From Octopus vulgaris (taxonomy: Eukaryota), in NCBI GenBank assembly GCA_951406725.2, contig OX597818.1, positions 42,222,001 to 42,286,000 on the forward strand: a DNA stretch of 64,000 nucleotides, in the 5' to 3' direction. Below, in pieces: positions 26,167 to 40,152 of this stretch (the stretch's first letter is position 1; every line of letters starts with the position of its first letter). The notes below the pieces were generated by a model that was not told the DNA's origin, ran no database searches, and saw only the letters and a program-made list of their open reading frames with translations. The position numbers and the translations under genes were made by a program.

Positions 26167-26200
<34 letters not shown>

Positions 26201-26744
26201 ATATGTGTATGCATGTGTGCATGTGTGTGTGTGCATGTGTGTATGCATGTGAGTGTGTGTGTGTGCATATGTGTATGCATGTGTGCATGTGTGTGTATAT
26301 GTGTGTGTGCATGTGTGTGTATGCATGTGTGTGTGCGTGTGTGTGTGTGTGAGTGTGTAAAATATAAAAAATATAAAATTTTCGTTTTGTTTTAGCTTCG
26401 ACATGAATCTGAAAATAAAGCTGTCTTTTTTGAACCTCTTGGCCACAGCCACATCGGGTAAGATTGACAAAACATTCTCTGCATTTTACAACTTTTATAA
26501 GTTCCCTAAATCATCAGGCATGTGGCTTAGTGGTTAGGGTGTTGGATTCATGACATAAGATTGTGGTTTTGATCCCTGGACCAAGCAATTCATCGTGTTC
26601 TTGAGCAAATCACTTTATTTCATGTTGCTCCAATCCACTCAGCTAGTAACAATGAGTTTAATCTAGAGAACGAAGGGCTCAGCTAGACTTTCTTGTCCTA
26701 GATATGCTACTTGGCTGCAGTGCCCCAATGACACCCACATTCAA

Positions 26745-27093
26745 ATTTTGGAGGAGGGGGCCAGTCAATTAGATCAACCCCAGTACTCAACAGGTACTTA
26801 ATTTATCAGCCCCGAAAGTATGAAAGGCAAAGTCAACCTTGGTGGAATTTGAACTCAGAACATAAAGACAGACAAAATACCTATTTCTTTACTACCCACA
26901 AGGGGCTAAACAAAGAGAGGACAAACAAGGAATGACAAACGGATTAAGTCGATTATATCGATCCCAGTGCGTGACTGGTACTTATTTAATCGACCCCGAA
27001 AGGATGAAAGGCAAAGTCGACCTTGGCGGAATTTGAACTCAGAACGTAGCAGCAGACGAAATACCACTAACATTTCTACCAGCTCATTGCCTT
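26745..27093 (-). mobile_element. SINE family B dimer
   Basis: Two tandem cores joined at AAATACCTATTTCTTTAC. Confidence 0.75.
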
Positions 27094-28388
27094 GAGTTTG
27101 TTAATAATATTGACACAATGACTCTTCCTACACACAAAAGTTTTTTCAACACACAGATTCAGATAAAGAATCTTGCAAATAAGATATAAAAACTATGATT
27201 TACATATCAAGAATTCCCAAAAACTAATCAAACCAGCCAACAACTATTTTAGATATTAAAAGAAATAATAAAATATATATTCAGTTTCTTTTGCCAAATC
27301 ACTAAGTTATAGCAATGTAAACAAGCTAACACTGGTTGTCCATCAATGTTAGGGTACAAGTATAAATACAATGATGCACACATACATATATATATCATCA
27401 TCATGATCATCATCGTTTAACGTCCACTTTCCATGCTGGCATGGGTTGGATGGTTTGACTGAGGACTGGCGAGCCAGATGACTGCACCAGGCTCCAATCT
27501 GATCTTGCAGAGTTTCTACAGCAGGATGCCCTTCCTAACGCCAACCATTCCTTGAACGTAGTGGGTGCTTTTACGTGTCACTGGCACGAGGGCTAGTCAA
27601 GTGGTACTGGCAACAACCACGCTCGAATGGTGTTTTTTACATGCCACCTGCTCGAATGTTGTTTTTCCCGTGTCACCAGCACAGGTGTCAGTGAGGCGAC
27701 ACTGGTAATGATCATATATATATATATATATATATGCATGAAATGTAAAAGCCGGACTAGACTATTTTATGCACAACTCCATTGTCTCCCGAGACAAAAA
27801 AGGATGCCAACCAACCAATATATATATGTACACACACACACACACACACAAACATATATATGTACATATATATACAAACATATATATATACAATGGACTT
27901 CCACTCAGTTTCTGCCAACCAAGTTAGCTCAAGACATTGGTTGACTTGGGGCAATAACAGAACACACTTGCCCAAAGTGCTGTGTAATGGTATTGAACCC
28001 AAAGCTACATGGTTACAATGCATACTTCTTAACCACAAAGTCATGCCTGTGGCCTGCATATTGTTATTATTTCAAGGCAACTGATGTTGCACTGTCAATT
28101 TACAATTTACAGGCTGGGACATTGAGAGCTATGTATATTGACCATGGGACCAGGTCCATATTAGTGACAGGAACTACAGACAAGATCCACAACCTGCCAA
28201 TTTAGTCATCACCCAACTGACTTGGCTAGCACCCTATCAACTTGCTCTTAGTACCCAACCAACTTAACCAGTACTCTACTATCTTGTGCCCTTGCTCCCT
28301 GGTTCATTGTTATATTCATACAATGAGTTACATACAACAAATAAAAACAGTTGATATTAATGTAAATCAAACTAAATTTGTTTTGCAG

Positions 28389-28523
28389 GCTTGTTGGTAA
28401 CAGCTCTTTCTACAATGCTGGTCTGATAAGTATTTACCGTAACAACAGCTGGGGTTATGTCTGTGATGACAACTGGGACATGATGGATGCCAATGTAGCC
28501 TGTAAACAACTTGGATTTTCCAG
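28389..28523 (+). CDS. SRCR domain exon 1
   Basis: TTTTGCAG acceptor; (R)LVGNSSFYNAGLISIYRNNSWGYVCDDNWDMMDANVACKQLGFS carries the WG.VCDD.W...A.V.C.QLG SRCR signature. Donor AG|GTGAGA, phase 2-2. Confidence 0.95.
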
Positions 28524-28559
28524 GTGAGAACTTGATACATTTTAACTGAATTTTATATC

Positions 28560-28951
28560 ACTAGCAGTATCGCCCAGCGTTGCTCGGGTTTGTTTCGACC
28601 TTTTAGAATTGGAATTTTTGAAAAGTAAAAATTTTGCATTATGTAGCTTGTTATTCTCTTTCAGTGAACATTTTTCTGGTTGAAATACATAGATAAATGG
28701 CGAAACAGCAGTCAAAAAATCGTAAAAAATAGGGATTTTCATAGAAAAGAAGCACCTTTTTTATGTAAATAATTTTTGGTCTTAACATGGTCCAATTTGA
28801 ATTTTTTCTTTTACAGAATAAAGAACAAGCCTTCTTCTATCATACTCTTAATTTTAGTCAATTTGTGCTGCAGGGTCTTGGAGGAGATAGTGTTAGCTGA
28901 AGGCTACCAAACCTGCCATACACAGACAACTTCAGCTTTATATATAGAGAT
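28560..28951 (+). mobile_element. Non-autonomous Helitron/HINE-like element
   Basis: Same 5' 33 bp and similar 3' end as 2523-3037, with a different interior. Confidence 0.65.
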
Positions 28952-29204
28952 TTTTATTGTCTCAGTAGTTTTATTTATATCCTGTACTTTCCCTGTATAA
29001 TCAAATACAGTTCTAAGTGCTTTGTTTAAGATCATCATCATCATCGTCGTCATCATTTAACGTCTATAGTTCATGCTGGCACGGGTTGGACACTTTGACC
29101 AGATCTGGCAAGCTGGGGAGCCACATCAGACTCCAGTCTGATTTGGCATGGTTTCTATGGCCGGATGCCCTTCCTAATGCCAACCACTTTACAGATTGTG
29201 CTGG

Positions 29205-29405
29205 GTGCTTTTATGTGGTATCACACAGATGCTTTAATATGGTACCGTACAGGCGTTATTACATGGCACTGCACAAGTGTTTTCATGTGGAACTACATGG
29301 GTGTTTTTATATGGCACCACATGGGCACCTTAATGTGTCACCATACAGGCAGTTTAACATGGCACTGAACAGGCACTTTATGTGACGCCATCATGAGTGC
29401 TTTAC
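29205..29405. repeat. Degenerate 24-bp minisatellite (8-9 units) in RTE 3' UTR copy
   Basis: Units such as GTGCTTTTATGTGGTATCACACAG and ATGCTTTAATATGGTACCGTACAG recur at 24-bp period. Confidence 0.75.
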
Positions 29406-29673
29406 ACCACCAGAGGGACTTCTGCTGCAGAGTATGCTTTTTCTTAAGTACAAGACACTAAGTATCTCAGTCCTTTGACATCTCACCTAAAAGGTTCAGT
29501 GTTCTGAGGTCGTTCTTCAGCACTTCATCCCATGTCTTCCTGGGTCTTCCACTGTCGTGTGCTCCATCTGCTTTGAGAGACCGGCACTTCTTTATGGAGC
29601 TGTCAGCATCCATCCACATCATATAACCAAACTAGTGTAGTCTTATCTCTTGCATACAGCAGATATATATGTA

Positions 29674-29900
29674 TCTATTTCTTTACTACCCACAAGGGGC
29701 TAAACACAGAGGGGACAAACAAGGACAGACAAACGGATTAAGTCGATTACATCGACCCCAGTGCATAACTAGTACTTATTTAATCGACCCTGAAAGGATG
29801 AAAGGCAAAGTTGACCTTGGCGGAATTTGAACTCAGAACGTAACGGCAGACGAAATACGGCTCCGCATTTCACCCGGCATGCTAACGTTTCTGCCAGCTC
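29674..29900 (-). mobile_element. SINE family B monomer
   Basis: Single head plus one unit. Confidence 0.8.
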
Positions 29901-32180
29901 TATATGTATCATCATCATCATCATTTGACATCTGCCTTCCATGCTGGATGGGGTGGTGGATGATTTGATAGGAGCCATCCTGATAGAAGCCTGCACCAAA
30001 CTTCTGTGACTGTTTTGGCAGGATTTTTACAGCTGGATGCCCTTCCTAACACTAACAACCCAGCAGAGTGGCTTAGTGCTTTTTATGTGGCAAAACCACA
30101 GGCAAGATCAGTTTTGGCAAGGGTTTTACAGCTGGACACCCTTCCAAATGCCAACCATTTTACAGTGTGGATTAGATGCTTTTTAAGTGGTACCTACACT
30201 GACAGAGTCACCAAGTAACTTACAAGACAAAAATCCTTTGGGAAGGGAGGGGTATATATATCATCATCATCATCAACATTTAACATCCATTTTTCATGCT
30301 GACATGAGTTGGAATGGCTTGACAAGAACTGGCAAGATGAGGAGCCACACCAAGTTCCACAATCTGTTTGGGCTTGGTTTCTATGGTTGGATGCCCTTCC
30401 TAATGCCAACCACTTTACAGAATGTACTAAGTGCTTTTTATGTGGTACCAGCACCAGTGCTTTTTATGTGGTACCAGCACCAGTGCTTTTTACATGGCAC
30501 CAGCACCCACACCAATGCTTTTTATGTGGCACCTTACTCTTAGGATCTTAATTCTGCTGTGGTGGGCAGGTCTTCTGGAGTATAGCAATGCACAACACAT
30601 CTCAGTCTTCTGTCAGCTCCTCTATGATTCAGTGTTTTGAGATCGGCCTCTAATTATTTTGTTCCACATGTCTTCTTGTGTCTCCCCCTTCCTTAATTAT
30701 AGAGACAATCTGATGCCTTTATAATTACTTCTGTCTAAAGCATCTCTCTTGTCCTAGTAGCAGCTGACTATGATACTTCTGCACCATTCACTAGGGATTA
30801 CACCTGCCTGAACAACCTGATTAACTATATGAATGACTAGACTTTATCCAACTCTACCAGATAGCTTAGCATCTCGGCCATTGTAGTCCTCTGCCTTGAT
30901 GAGAACATCATTGATTAGCATCATCAAGGTAATCTGCAGAAGTGATTCACAGACACAGACATTTTGAATATCTGCAAGTCCAACATGTAGAGCATATGCA
31001 GAGATAAATAACACTGTTAGATTAAACAGGATAATCTTAACTTAATAATCCTATCACATACCCTGTCTACTCATTCACCTTATTCACCATTTCTCTGCCA
31101 AAAGAATACCTACACTGCCTAACGGTCATTGCTTCCCACCCAGAACTTGTATCTATGTCCCCTGCCTGTAAGCAGTCTAACTCAGGCTCCCCTCCATCGT
31201 TCTTCTTGCACATAGCACACATTTACATGCCCCCACTCAAGCATTTCAACAATCTCAACAGACTTACTTTTCATTGTATTGATGTTGATAGTTGCAACTC
31301 TGAACTTGTGAACCTGGGAAGCCTGGGAGAGCAGTTGTGGGGATTTTTCAATATCTTGATAGGTTTTAACAGTCGCTTGCCTGGAGGTAGCAAGTCCTTT
31401 GGCTTAGTGTAGGCAGGTAAGGTATAAGTTGGAGCATGAATTACAATTACAGTTTCATTCAGTTTCATAAAGCCTTGTCGATACACAAATATGTTGGTTG
31501 GGAATGGGGACAGAAATTATTAAGGCAGCAATTAGTTTTTGGCAATGCAGAAGTAGCCATGCACACCAGGATAATATATACTTCTAAATCATCATCAGCA
31601 TTGGAAACATATATACATAAACATGCACTCATTTTTATAAGTGTGTATATGAACAATACATTACAAGTAGAGATATGCATGTGGGGCTCACAGGCTGTTT
31701 ATATGCATTATATGTACCCATATATTATGCTCCAGTAATAACAATTCACAGATCGTAGAAATTGTCGAGTGCACTATCTGTTTCTCTATATGCATACATA
31801 TATATACACATACTTAGGTGCATAAATATGTTCCCATAGAATTCCAGCGAACATGCTCATACACAAGCAGGGTAACAAACATACACAAAGATCAAATTGT
31901 GGAGATGCATTCAAACCTCCTTCAAGGTGGTGGTGAGGGATGCATGGGAGAGAAAACGAGATTCAATACAGATGGCACAAGTAGACAGTTCTCCACGAAG
32001 ATATCTAGGAGAAAGTGAAGTTAGAAATTTCCCACTAAAATTAAAAGTACCTGTGGAAGCGTATGGAGAAACAAAGATTGGATGGGGGTGAAATTAAAAA
32101 TTACAATAGAGCTTAAAAGTTGTACCTCAATACCAACATCGAAGGCAGATATTAAGCGATGATGATTATGATGATGATGA

Positions 32181-32221
<41 letters not shown>

Positions 32222-32356
32222 CCTGCTTGCTTAGCCAGCGGGGTGACCTCATTTGAAGGCTAAAACAATGCGAAGTGCATTGTGACCAGCAATGTGTAGC
32301 AACATCTGATAGCCTTGTCGGTCACGGTGATCATGGTGATATATATATATATATAA

Positions 32357-32565
32357 CAGGAAGCTTTATGAAAATAGACAAAAGACGAAGGCAGGTGGAA
32401 AACAAACAAACAATTGTATTAGTATGGCGCTCAGGAAATATAAATAAAACAAGTCTTTAACGTTTCGAGCCTACGCTCTTCAACAGAAAGATACACAGAG
32501 AGAAAAAAACACAGAAAGAAGGAGAGAAAAAAATGCGTGCAGTAACTAACGAACCAACATGGCGA
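32357..32565 (-). mobile_element. Penelope-like solo terminal repeat with near-intact minimal hammerhead (32454-32491)
   Basis: Minus strand reads TCTTT-CTGTTGA-AGAGCGTAGGCTC-GAAA-CGTT-AAAGA, flanked by TA tracts. Confidence 0.6.
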
Positions 32566-33186
32566 TATATATATATCACTGTGACTGACCAGGCTATCAG
32601 ATGTTGCTACACATCGCTGGTCACAATGCAATTCGCATTGTTTTAGCCTTCAAATGACGCCACCCCGCTGGCTAAGTGAGCAGGCCAACAGAAGAAAAAG
32701 TGAGAGAAAGTTGTGATGAAAGAGTACAGCAGGGATCGGCACCACCCCCTGCCGGAGCTTCGTGGAGCTTTAGGTGTTTTCGCTCAATAAACACTCACAA
32801 CACCCGGTCTGGGAATCGAAACCGCAATCCTACGCATATTTCTTTTCAGTCTTGTAAAGTAGTTAATTTCTTTGCATTCTGATTTGAAATGTCCCAATAG
32901 TTGTCTTGATTTTCTATCAGATCAGAGCCAATAAAACAAATACCAGTAAAGTACTGGAGTTGAATAAGTTGATTACATCTCTCCAACATAGAATGGGTGA
33001 ATTTGTTCCAACACTAGATCTTTTTATTTGAATAGCAAAATTGGTTGAGCAACACATGAAATACCCTGTGAACACTTAGTTATGTCCTTTACATCCTGTG
33101 TTCAAATTTTGCATGAAGTCTTTCTAGAATTGTATATATAATACCAAAAGATACACCCACACACACACTCACATATGTATGTGTGT

Positions 33187-33223
<37 letters not shown>

Positions 33224-33246
33224 TAAGCATCTACTTCATTTTTTAG

Positions 33247-33422
33247 GGGTGCTGAAGTAGCTACAGGAAATTCAAGATATGGTTTGGCAGAATCAGAAAA
33301 CTTTCTAATGGATAATACAGACTGTAAAGGAGACGAAAGAGCTTTGCAATATTGTTCATATGATACTGAACATGACTGTAAAAAGGATGAAGCTGCTGGA
33401 GTTATATGTAAACCGAACACTG
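33247..33422 (+). CDS. SRCR domain exon 2
   Basis: TTTTTAG acceptor; RGAEVATGNSRYGLAESENFLMDNTDCKGDERALQYCSYDTEHDCKKDEAAGVICKPNT. Donor G|GTAAGT, phase 2-1. Confidence 0.95.
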
Positions 33423-33644
33423 GTAAGTCTCAGAAGAAAAATTAACGAAATCATTTTTAGAATAAGTATTAACATCAAATGGAATTATAATTTTAGTAAA
33501 CTGAGAGCTTGATCTGGTTTCCATTCCCAATTTAGTTATTTCTCTTCAATTATATTTCATGCTAATGTAATCAGTCATAGGGAAATAATCAGAAAACAAG
33601 GAAGGCCTGACAGACTAATTAATGGTTGTAGTCACACTATGTGA

Positions 33645-33976
33645 AGGCGCATGGCTCAATGATTAGAGCGTCGAGCTTACGATTGTCAGATTGTGAGTTC
33701 AATTCCCGGACCAGGCTGCATGTTGTGTTCTTGAGCAAGACACTTTATTTCATGTTGCTCTAGTTAACTCAGCTGTAGAAATGAGTAACGGCATCACTGG
33801 TGCCAAGCTGTATCGGCCTTTGCCTTTCCCTTGGAGAACATCAGTGGTGTGAAGAGGGGAGGATGGTATGCATGGGCAACTGCTGGCCTTCCATAAACAA
33901 CCTTGCCTAAACTTGTACCTCGGAGGGTAACTTTCTAGGTGCAATCCCATGATCATTCATGACCAAAGGGGGTCTC
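33645..33976 (+). mobile_element. SINE family C, full length with TSD
   Basis: tRNA-like head. AGTC(A/G)CACTAT(G/A)TGAAGG is repeated at both flanks. Confidence 0.8.
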
Positions 33977-34719
33977 CCAGTCGCACTATATGAAGGAAAA
34001 GTTCTGAATGGTTCCTCCATAGCTAAATAATGTTTATGAGATTTTTAAAAATATTAATATATTAAAAACAATTAAATGTTTTTTTTATAATGCAAACATC
34101 CTGTTACCATAAAGAACACTGAAATCTGTTTGAGATTTTTAATAAAAACAATATTTATTTTTATTGTAAACAAAAATGTTGTTGTTACTACCAATGACAA
34201 ACACCAAGATAGTTTAAAGCTTAGTGCTCTTGGATTAGGTATATTAGTAGTTGTGGTCTTAAGTTTCTTGATATTAGCTGGTCATAGTGTGTTGCTGCAG
34301 CCACTGTCCATTGCTTTTGTGTTATGACTACACTCTGGCTTGATGTTAGTTCTGCTACTGCCAGCCATATGCTGTGTCCAATCTCCTGTCTACCTGTAGT
34401 GGCTAAAACGTGCTGAATATATAGTGCCAAAGATGAAATTGTTGTTAGATATGGTTCCACATAACATCTTGAGAGGTCAGATTTTTTTTTTTTTATGACG
34501 TTGGGTATAATTTAGTAAGACATGATTATATTCTTGAGTTGGTTTTTTTTTGCATAAGATATGGTGATAAAAGTTCCCTTACTAAATATTCCCTATACAA
34601 GCCTTTACTCAAGAGATCTGAAGCAGATAAATTTTTTTAAAAACTGAACAAATCAAATTAATTGAACATATCAAATAACTTCAAGATAACAAGTTGATGT
34701 GTTTCTTTTATTTTATACT

Positions 34720-35582
34720 TCTCTTATTTTTAAAGATTAAGATAAACAAAGTTCTTTTTTAAATCAAAAATATATTCGCCTTCATTTTGTACAATGCTCT
34801 TCCAACTATCTGGTAGACTTGCAAGGCCCCTCTTCCAAAATTCATTTGTCCATGATGAAAAATTCTCCTCCAGTACTGTTCTGACCTTGTCAACAGAATT
34901 CATATATTTTTTTGTCCAAATGATTTTGAAGACTGAGGAATAAATGATAATCAGATAGGACAATGCCCAGAGAATATGGTGGGTAGGGCATCATTTACCA
35001 TTCAAACTGTTCCAGCCTTTGGAATGTCATCCTCACTGTATGTGGCCGACATTATCTTGATGGAAGAACACTTTTTGTCTTGCTGGCTTTTCTGATGAAT
35101 GGTAGGATGACCAAATCCTAGCTTCTCTGCTAGTTCCTTAACAGTTATGATGGGATTTTGTTCCACTAGGGTTTGCAGGACATCCTTGTCGAGCACTACA
35201 GGTCTTGCAGGATGAGGCTCATCTTCTAGGCTGTAGTTTCAGGCTTGGAATTTCTGGAACCACCATTGACACTGGCTTACACTTATTGTCCAATCCCCAT
35301 ATTCTACATTAATTATTCCTCAAACTTTCTGTTGTGCTGTTGCCTTTATTGAACTCAAAGGAAAATATGCTAAATATACTCCTTTGTGACTTCCATTATA
35401 GCTTTGACAAAATAACTGTCAAAATCGAACTGCACTCTTCAAAACTTGCACTAAGAATAAGTACAAAGTTAAAATTACTACCTCTTTTTGTAGCAAGTTG
35501 ATGCAGAAAATTTATCCCATCTCCCTCCAACTTTTAGTTCATGCAATTGAAAAACCACATTATTTATAGGATAACCCAATAT
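34720..35582 (-). mobile_element. Mariner transposon relic
   Basis: Degenerate HTH (VEQNPIITVKELAEKLG), HPPYS-like motif and C-terminal LPDSWKSIVQNEGEY. TA-TTGGGTT terminus at 35582. Confidence 0.8.
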
Positions 35583-35592
35583 ATATATACAT

Positions 35593-35627
<35 letters not shown>

Positions 35628-36196
35628 CGCTGTGCTTGAGGAGACCTACTGATTCAAGTACATCAACATGAAAAATCAAAATCAAATGGAAATTGTAGTT
35701 GTGATACCTGTGCCAGTGGCACGTAAAAAGCACCCACTACACTCACGGAGTGGTTGGCATTAGGAAGGGCATCCAGCTGTAGAAACTCTGCCAGATTAGA
35801 CTGGAGCCTGATGCAGCCTTCTGGCTTCCCAGACCCCGGTCAAACCATCCAAGCCATGCTAGCATGGAAAACGGACGTTAAACGATGATGATGATGATGC
35901 TGATGATGTATATATATATATATATAGGTGGCACATAAAATACACCAATCCGACCATGGCCGTTGCCAGCCTTGCCTGGCACCTGTGCAGGTGGCACGTG
36001 AAAAGCACCCACTACACTCACGGAGTGGTTGGCGTTAGGAAGGGCATCCAGCTGTAGAAACACTGCCAGATAAGACTGGAGCCTGGTGCAGCCTTCTGGC
36101 TTTCCAGATCCCCGGTCGAACCGTCCAACCCATGCTAGCATGGAGAATGGACGTTAAACGATGATGATGATGATGATGATGATATATATATATGAG

Positions 36197-36475
36197 ATGT
36201 ACTTGCATAGCAAGTGATTTAATCTGAGACTGTGTGCTGAAACGAAAACAATTGCAGCGTGGAAGGTGTTTGTAAGTGCTGTATTGGATTACAAGGGCTC
36301 CAAGGTTATAGCTGAGGTGGTAGTTATGGAGTCATTGTAGATTTCCAATGAAGCAGATATATAATTGTTAAAGAGGACAACAAACATTGAGGCAAGGCAA
36401 ACATCTCTCAAGTTGTATACAAGTTTTCGTTTCAGCACACAATCTCAGATCAAATCACTTGCTATGCAAGTACAT
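36197..36475. mobile_element. Fold-back/MITE-like element with ~53-bp inverted ends
   Basis: ATGTACTTGCATAGCAAGTGATTT...GCTGAAACGAAAAC and its reverse complement at 36423-36475. Confidence 0.7.
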
Positions 36476-36509
36476 GGAAAAGATTCAAAGTCTTACACCT
36501 GATATATAA

Positions 36510-36542
<33 letters not shown>

Positions 36543-37122
36543 TGTATGTATGTATGTATGTATGTATGTACGTACGTATGTACGTACGTATGTATGTATG
36601 TATGTATGTATATAAACGCACATATTTAAAACACACTCACACACACACACATATTCACATACTCATACAATACAAATAGATGGTAAATAGATGCTAATAC
36701 TTAACTTCTAATGCATACATGCAGATATTATAAGATGCACTTACAGTTCTGCAAATGTATGCACATAAATGTTCCACCAAGCCTTTCTGCACAGTGACAT
36801 AAGCATAGTCATATGCTAACATATACATATGTATGCACAAATAAAACATACTCATAAAAGCATATAGCCAGTGATGGAAATGGTTGATTATGCAGTGGGG
36901 TAGCAGTCCTCTACTTTACAATTCACAGAGGTGAGTAGATTATAGCATCTTACCTCACCTTACTAACCCCAGCCTTTCAAACCTTAACATAACCCTAGGA
37001 ACTAATATCCATTTCTGTCACTGTAATTACCTCACAAGGTATGTGAATGTATCTTTGAAATTTATGTATGTAAAATAAACTTTTCCATATATAAACTTTT
37101 TTTATGTATTGTATTTTGACAG

Positions 37123-37293
37123 GCTGCAAACCTGGTTGGATTTCTGGTCCAAGTGGTTGCTATCATTTGTTTAGCGGCAATATTCAAAGACTCAATGCCA
37201 AAGAAATGTGTGACACTGAAGACAGTCATTTAGTGATTATTGACAGTTTGGAAGAAGATGCATTTCTTTCAGTTTTACTTCAGACCAATAATG
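37123..37293 (+). CDS. C-type lectin domain exon 1
   Basis: GACAG acceptor; GCKPGWISGPSGCYHLFSGNIQRLNAKEMCDTEDSHLVIIDSLEEDAFLSVLLQTNN. Donor G|GTAAGA, phase 1-1. Confidence 0.95.
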
Positions 37294-38170
37294 GTAAGAG
37301 CATAATTTTATAAATTTCTTTAATAATTGCTTTAAATGTCATCCTTGGTCATAAACTTTTGGAGTAAATTTTTCTTAAGCAATTTTTAACAGTTATGAAA
37401 TGTATAAACATGACTTTTACTGGAGTAATTCTTATACATCTGCTACATATGTGAAATGTGTCCAATTAATTTTTTTTTAACGTTATGTACTTTATTAAAA
37501 AGGTTTCCTTTTAAAAAATCTTGAGTCTAATCACCTACTCACACCGGATTTTCCTTCCAATGTCTCCTCATTTTGAATTTTAATTAGTAACAATTCAAAT
37601 TGAATATTAATTCTATCAGGTGAACATTATCTTCAAATCTAGGACATAAAAATAAAATATAACTATCTACAGAGTACAACTCTCATATTTAATGTCATAA
37701 AAGACACAGGGTATATTAGACGTACCCTAATTTCAGCAGTACATACAGGAAAAAATGTTTTTAGTGCATTGAGGTTTAAAGGAGGCCCAACTTTGCATGT
37801 AGGACCATTTATTTACTTATTGAAAAAATGTCCCTTATATGCCATCAAATATGGTCATTAAAAAGGCATGAACTCCTTGCCAGAGATTTTCTTCTCATGT
37901 AAGAAGTTGTTATTCATCACCTGTACAGTGATGTATAAAAATTATAACTGATATAGTGTAATCTTTCAACCAAATACTTCATGATTATTATCCTGTCATT
38001 AACACTTCACTAACTCAAAACATTTCAGTTTTGGTCTGTAGAACAACTGTGCGAAAGGAGAGGTGACAAATGAATGACTCCTTTAATCACTGCATGGTCA
38101 CCTTACAATAAAAGCCAAAATATGGATAAATGAATATGAGTACCAGCAGGAATAAGGAAGGTGACACAGC

Positions 38171-39152
38171 TGTTAGAAGGTTTAAGCGAAAGGTTTACTT
38201 CAGGTGTTAGCAGAGTGTGTGTCCATGAGTGCGACATAAGAACAATAATAGACAGACTGTCAAGCATACATAAAGTGTATGTGTGTTAGCAGAGTGCGTC
38301 TGTGAGTGTGCCATAAATACACATATAATAAGAACAATAATAATAGACAGGCCGTCATGCATACAATAATGTGTATGTGCGTACAAACAAGAGTGTATGC
38401 ATGTGAGATAAAATACAGAGCATAGAAAGTGTTTACAATAGGACGCTAGATGAATGTTCAAACAAGATGAAGATAACAGAGCATAGAAAGGAGTCTATAA
38501 CAGGACGTTAGAAGTTCAGACACAATGAAGTGTGAGATAAATACCAGTTCGTAGTAAGATACGCAATAGTAGAAGTTCTGTAGCAAAGAAGTTGAGGTTA
38601 CAAGGCAGAGCTGGTTGAACACATATCGTGTAAGCGGTTGTGGCTGCTATGCTGTTCCTGGTTACTTGGTACAGAAAGTACTCGCAGGTTGAGCTTACTG
38701 TTAACCATGGTGAAGTTAAACCTAGGCGAAGTCACTGTTGGCATCATTAAGATGAAGGCAACAGAGATGGAGGTCCTGAAATACTGCTAGTGTTGTCTGT
38801 CGCTGGAACTGGCTGTCTGTCGCCGGGTGCTCTCTGGTTAGAGGTTAGTACTTAGAAGGACTAGAACCAAAGACACTCGATTCGATGAATTGCTGTGTTT
38901 TATATCAAATTATAGGCTCAAATGAAGCATTTAGAAGACTGCGTCACGGGACCTTATCAGAAAGTTGCGATTGGTTGGGTTGCACAGTGGCATGTAATAC
39001 AGCAAGAAACAAACTGCACTGATACCAACCAATCAGAGTAGTGGACACAACAGGGCCCAAGCAGCTAAAGGTTAGCTGTTATCTGCTACATCCATATTTA
39101 TGTTATATATGTCAGAGAGAGAGAGGATGAATTTCACTAAGGGTACGTTACA
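38171..39152 (-). mobile_element. Possible solo-LTR-like element
   Basis: Minus strand starts TGTAACG, has CCAAT boxes, TATAAAA and internal tandem duplications, and ends CA. No TSD could be confirmed. Confidence 0.3.
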
Positions 39153-40088
39153 GGTCTTTTAAATCCCCTTGCCACAATTAACTAACTTTCATAAAAATAG
39201 ATCACTACTGTTGGAAGAAGTGTGAACACTGAATAAACAACTTGCCTTTCATTAGTCTATAGTGTTGAATACAATTGTTTATGAGGTCCCAGATTTGCTT
39301 CCATTGGCAAGTATCTTCCTTTCTACACTAGTGAATCAGATTCATCCGAGCATTATGAGTTGGGCAGATGGCAACTGTGTAGAAGTCTGTTGGGTGGATA
39401 TACCTGTAATGTAAAGGGTGATGCTGATTCTGTCCTAGGATTATGTTAAAGAAACAAAAGTCTGTGGAACATTCAGCCACCTACAATATAATACAAGAGG
39501 TAGGTAGTTCAGACGATTAATCAATTAGTAAACTCATTGTTGAAACTGACACAAGATTCATCATCATTATATATAGATAGAGAGAGAGGGGGAGGGAGAG
39601 AGAGATAGAGAGGGAGATAGAGCTAAAATGCAAATTAACAAATAAACACATTTGGGTTTGATACATGTAGCTTAGTGGTAGATGCAGGCATGGCTTCCCA
39701 ACCACACGGTTCTGGGTTCAGTCCTGCTGCATAGCACCTTGAGCAAGTGTGTTCTATTGTAGCTTTGGGCTGACCAAAGTGTTGTGAGTGAATTTTGAGA
39801 CAAAAACTGAAACAAGCCTGTTGCAGATGTGTGTGTGTGTGTGTGTATGTCTTTATGTGTCTCTCAAGGGGAGAGAGTATGGTATTTTGGGTCTGACAAT
39901 TGTTCTGGGGGGCGTGGAATTACATGATATCTGTAATGTTGATGGATGGAGTGTGTAAAAAGTAAAGGATATGCAGCCAGTAGTGGCTACATATAAACAT
40001 TGCTGTAAAACCAACCTCTGTCTTCAGAGTGGAGAGATTGGCACACACACACAGGCACGCACACACATACACACACATACACAAACAT

Positions 40089-40152
<64 letters not shown>

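Noticed and set aside
33645-33720. tRNA-like sequences at SINE heads
   Set aside because: They continue into SINE bodies and lack a complete cloverleaf; not called as tRNA genes.
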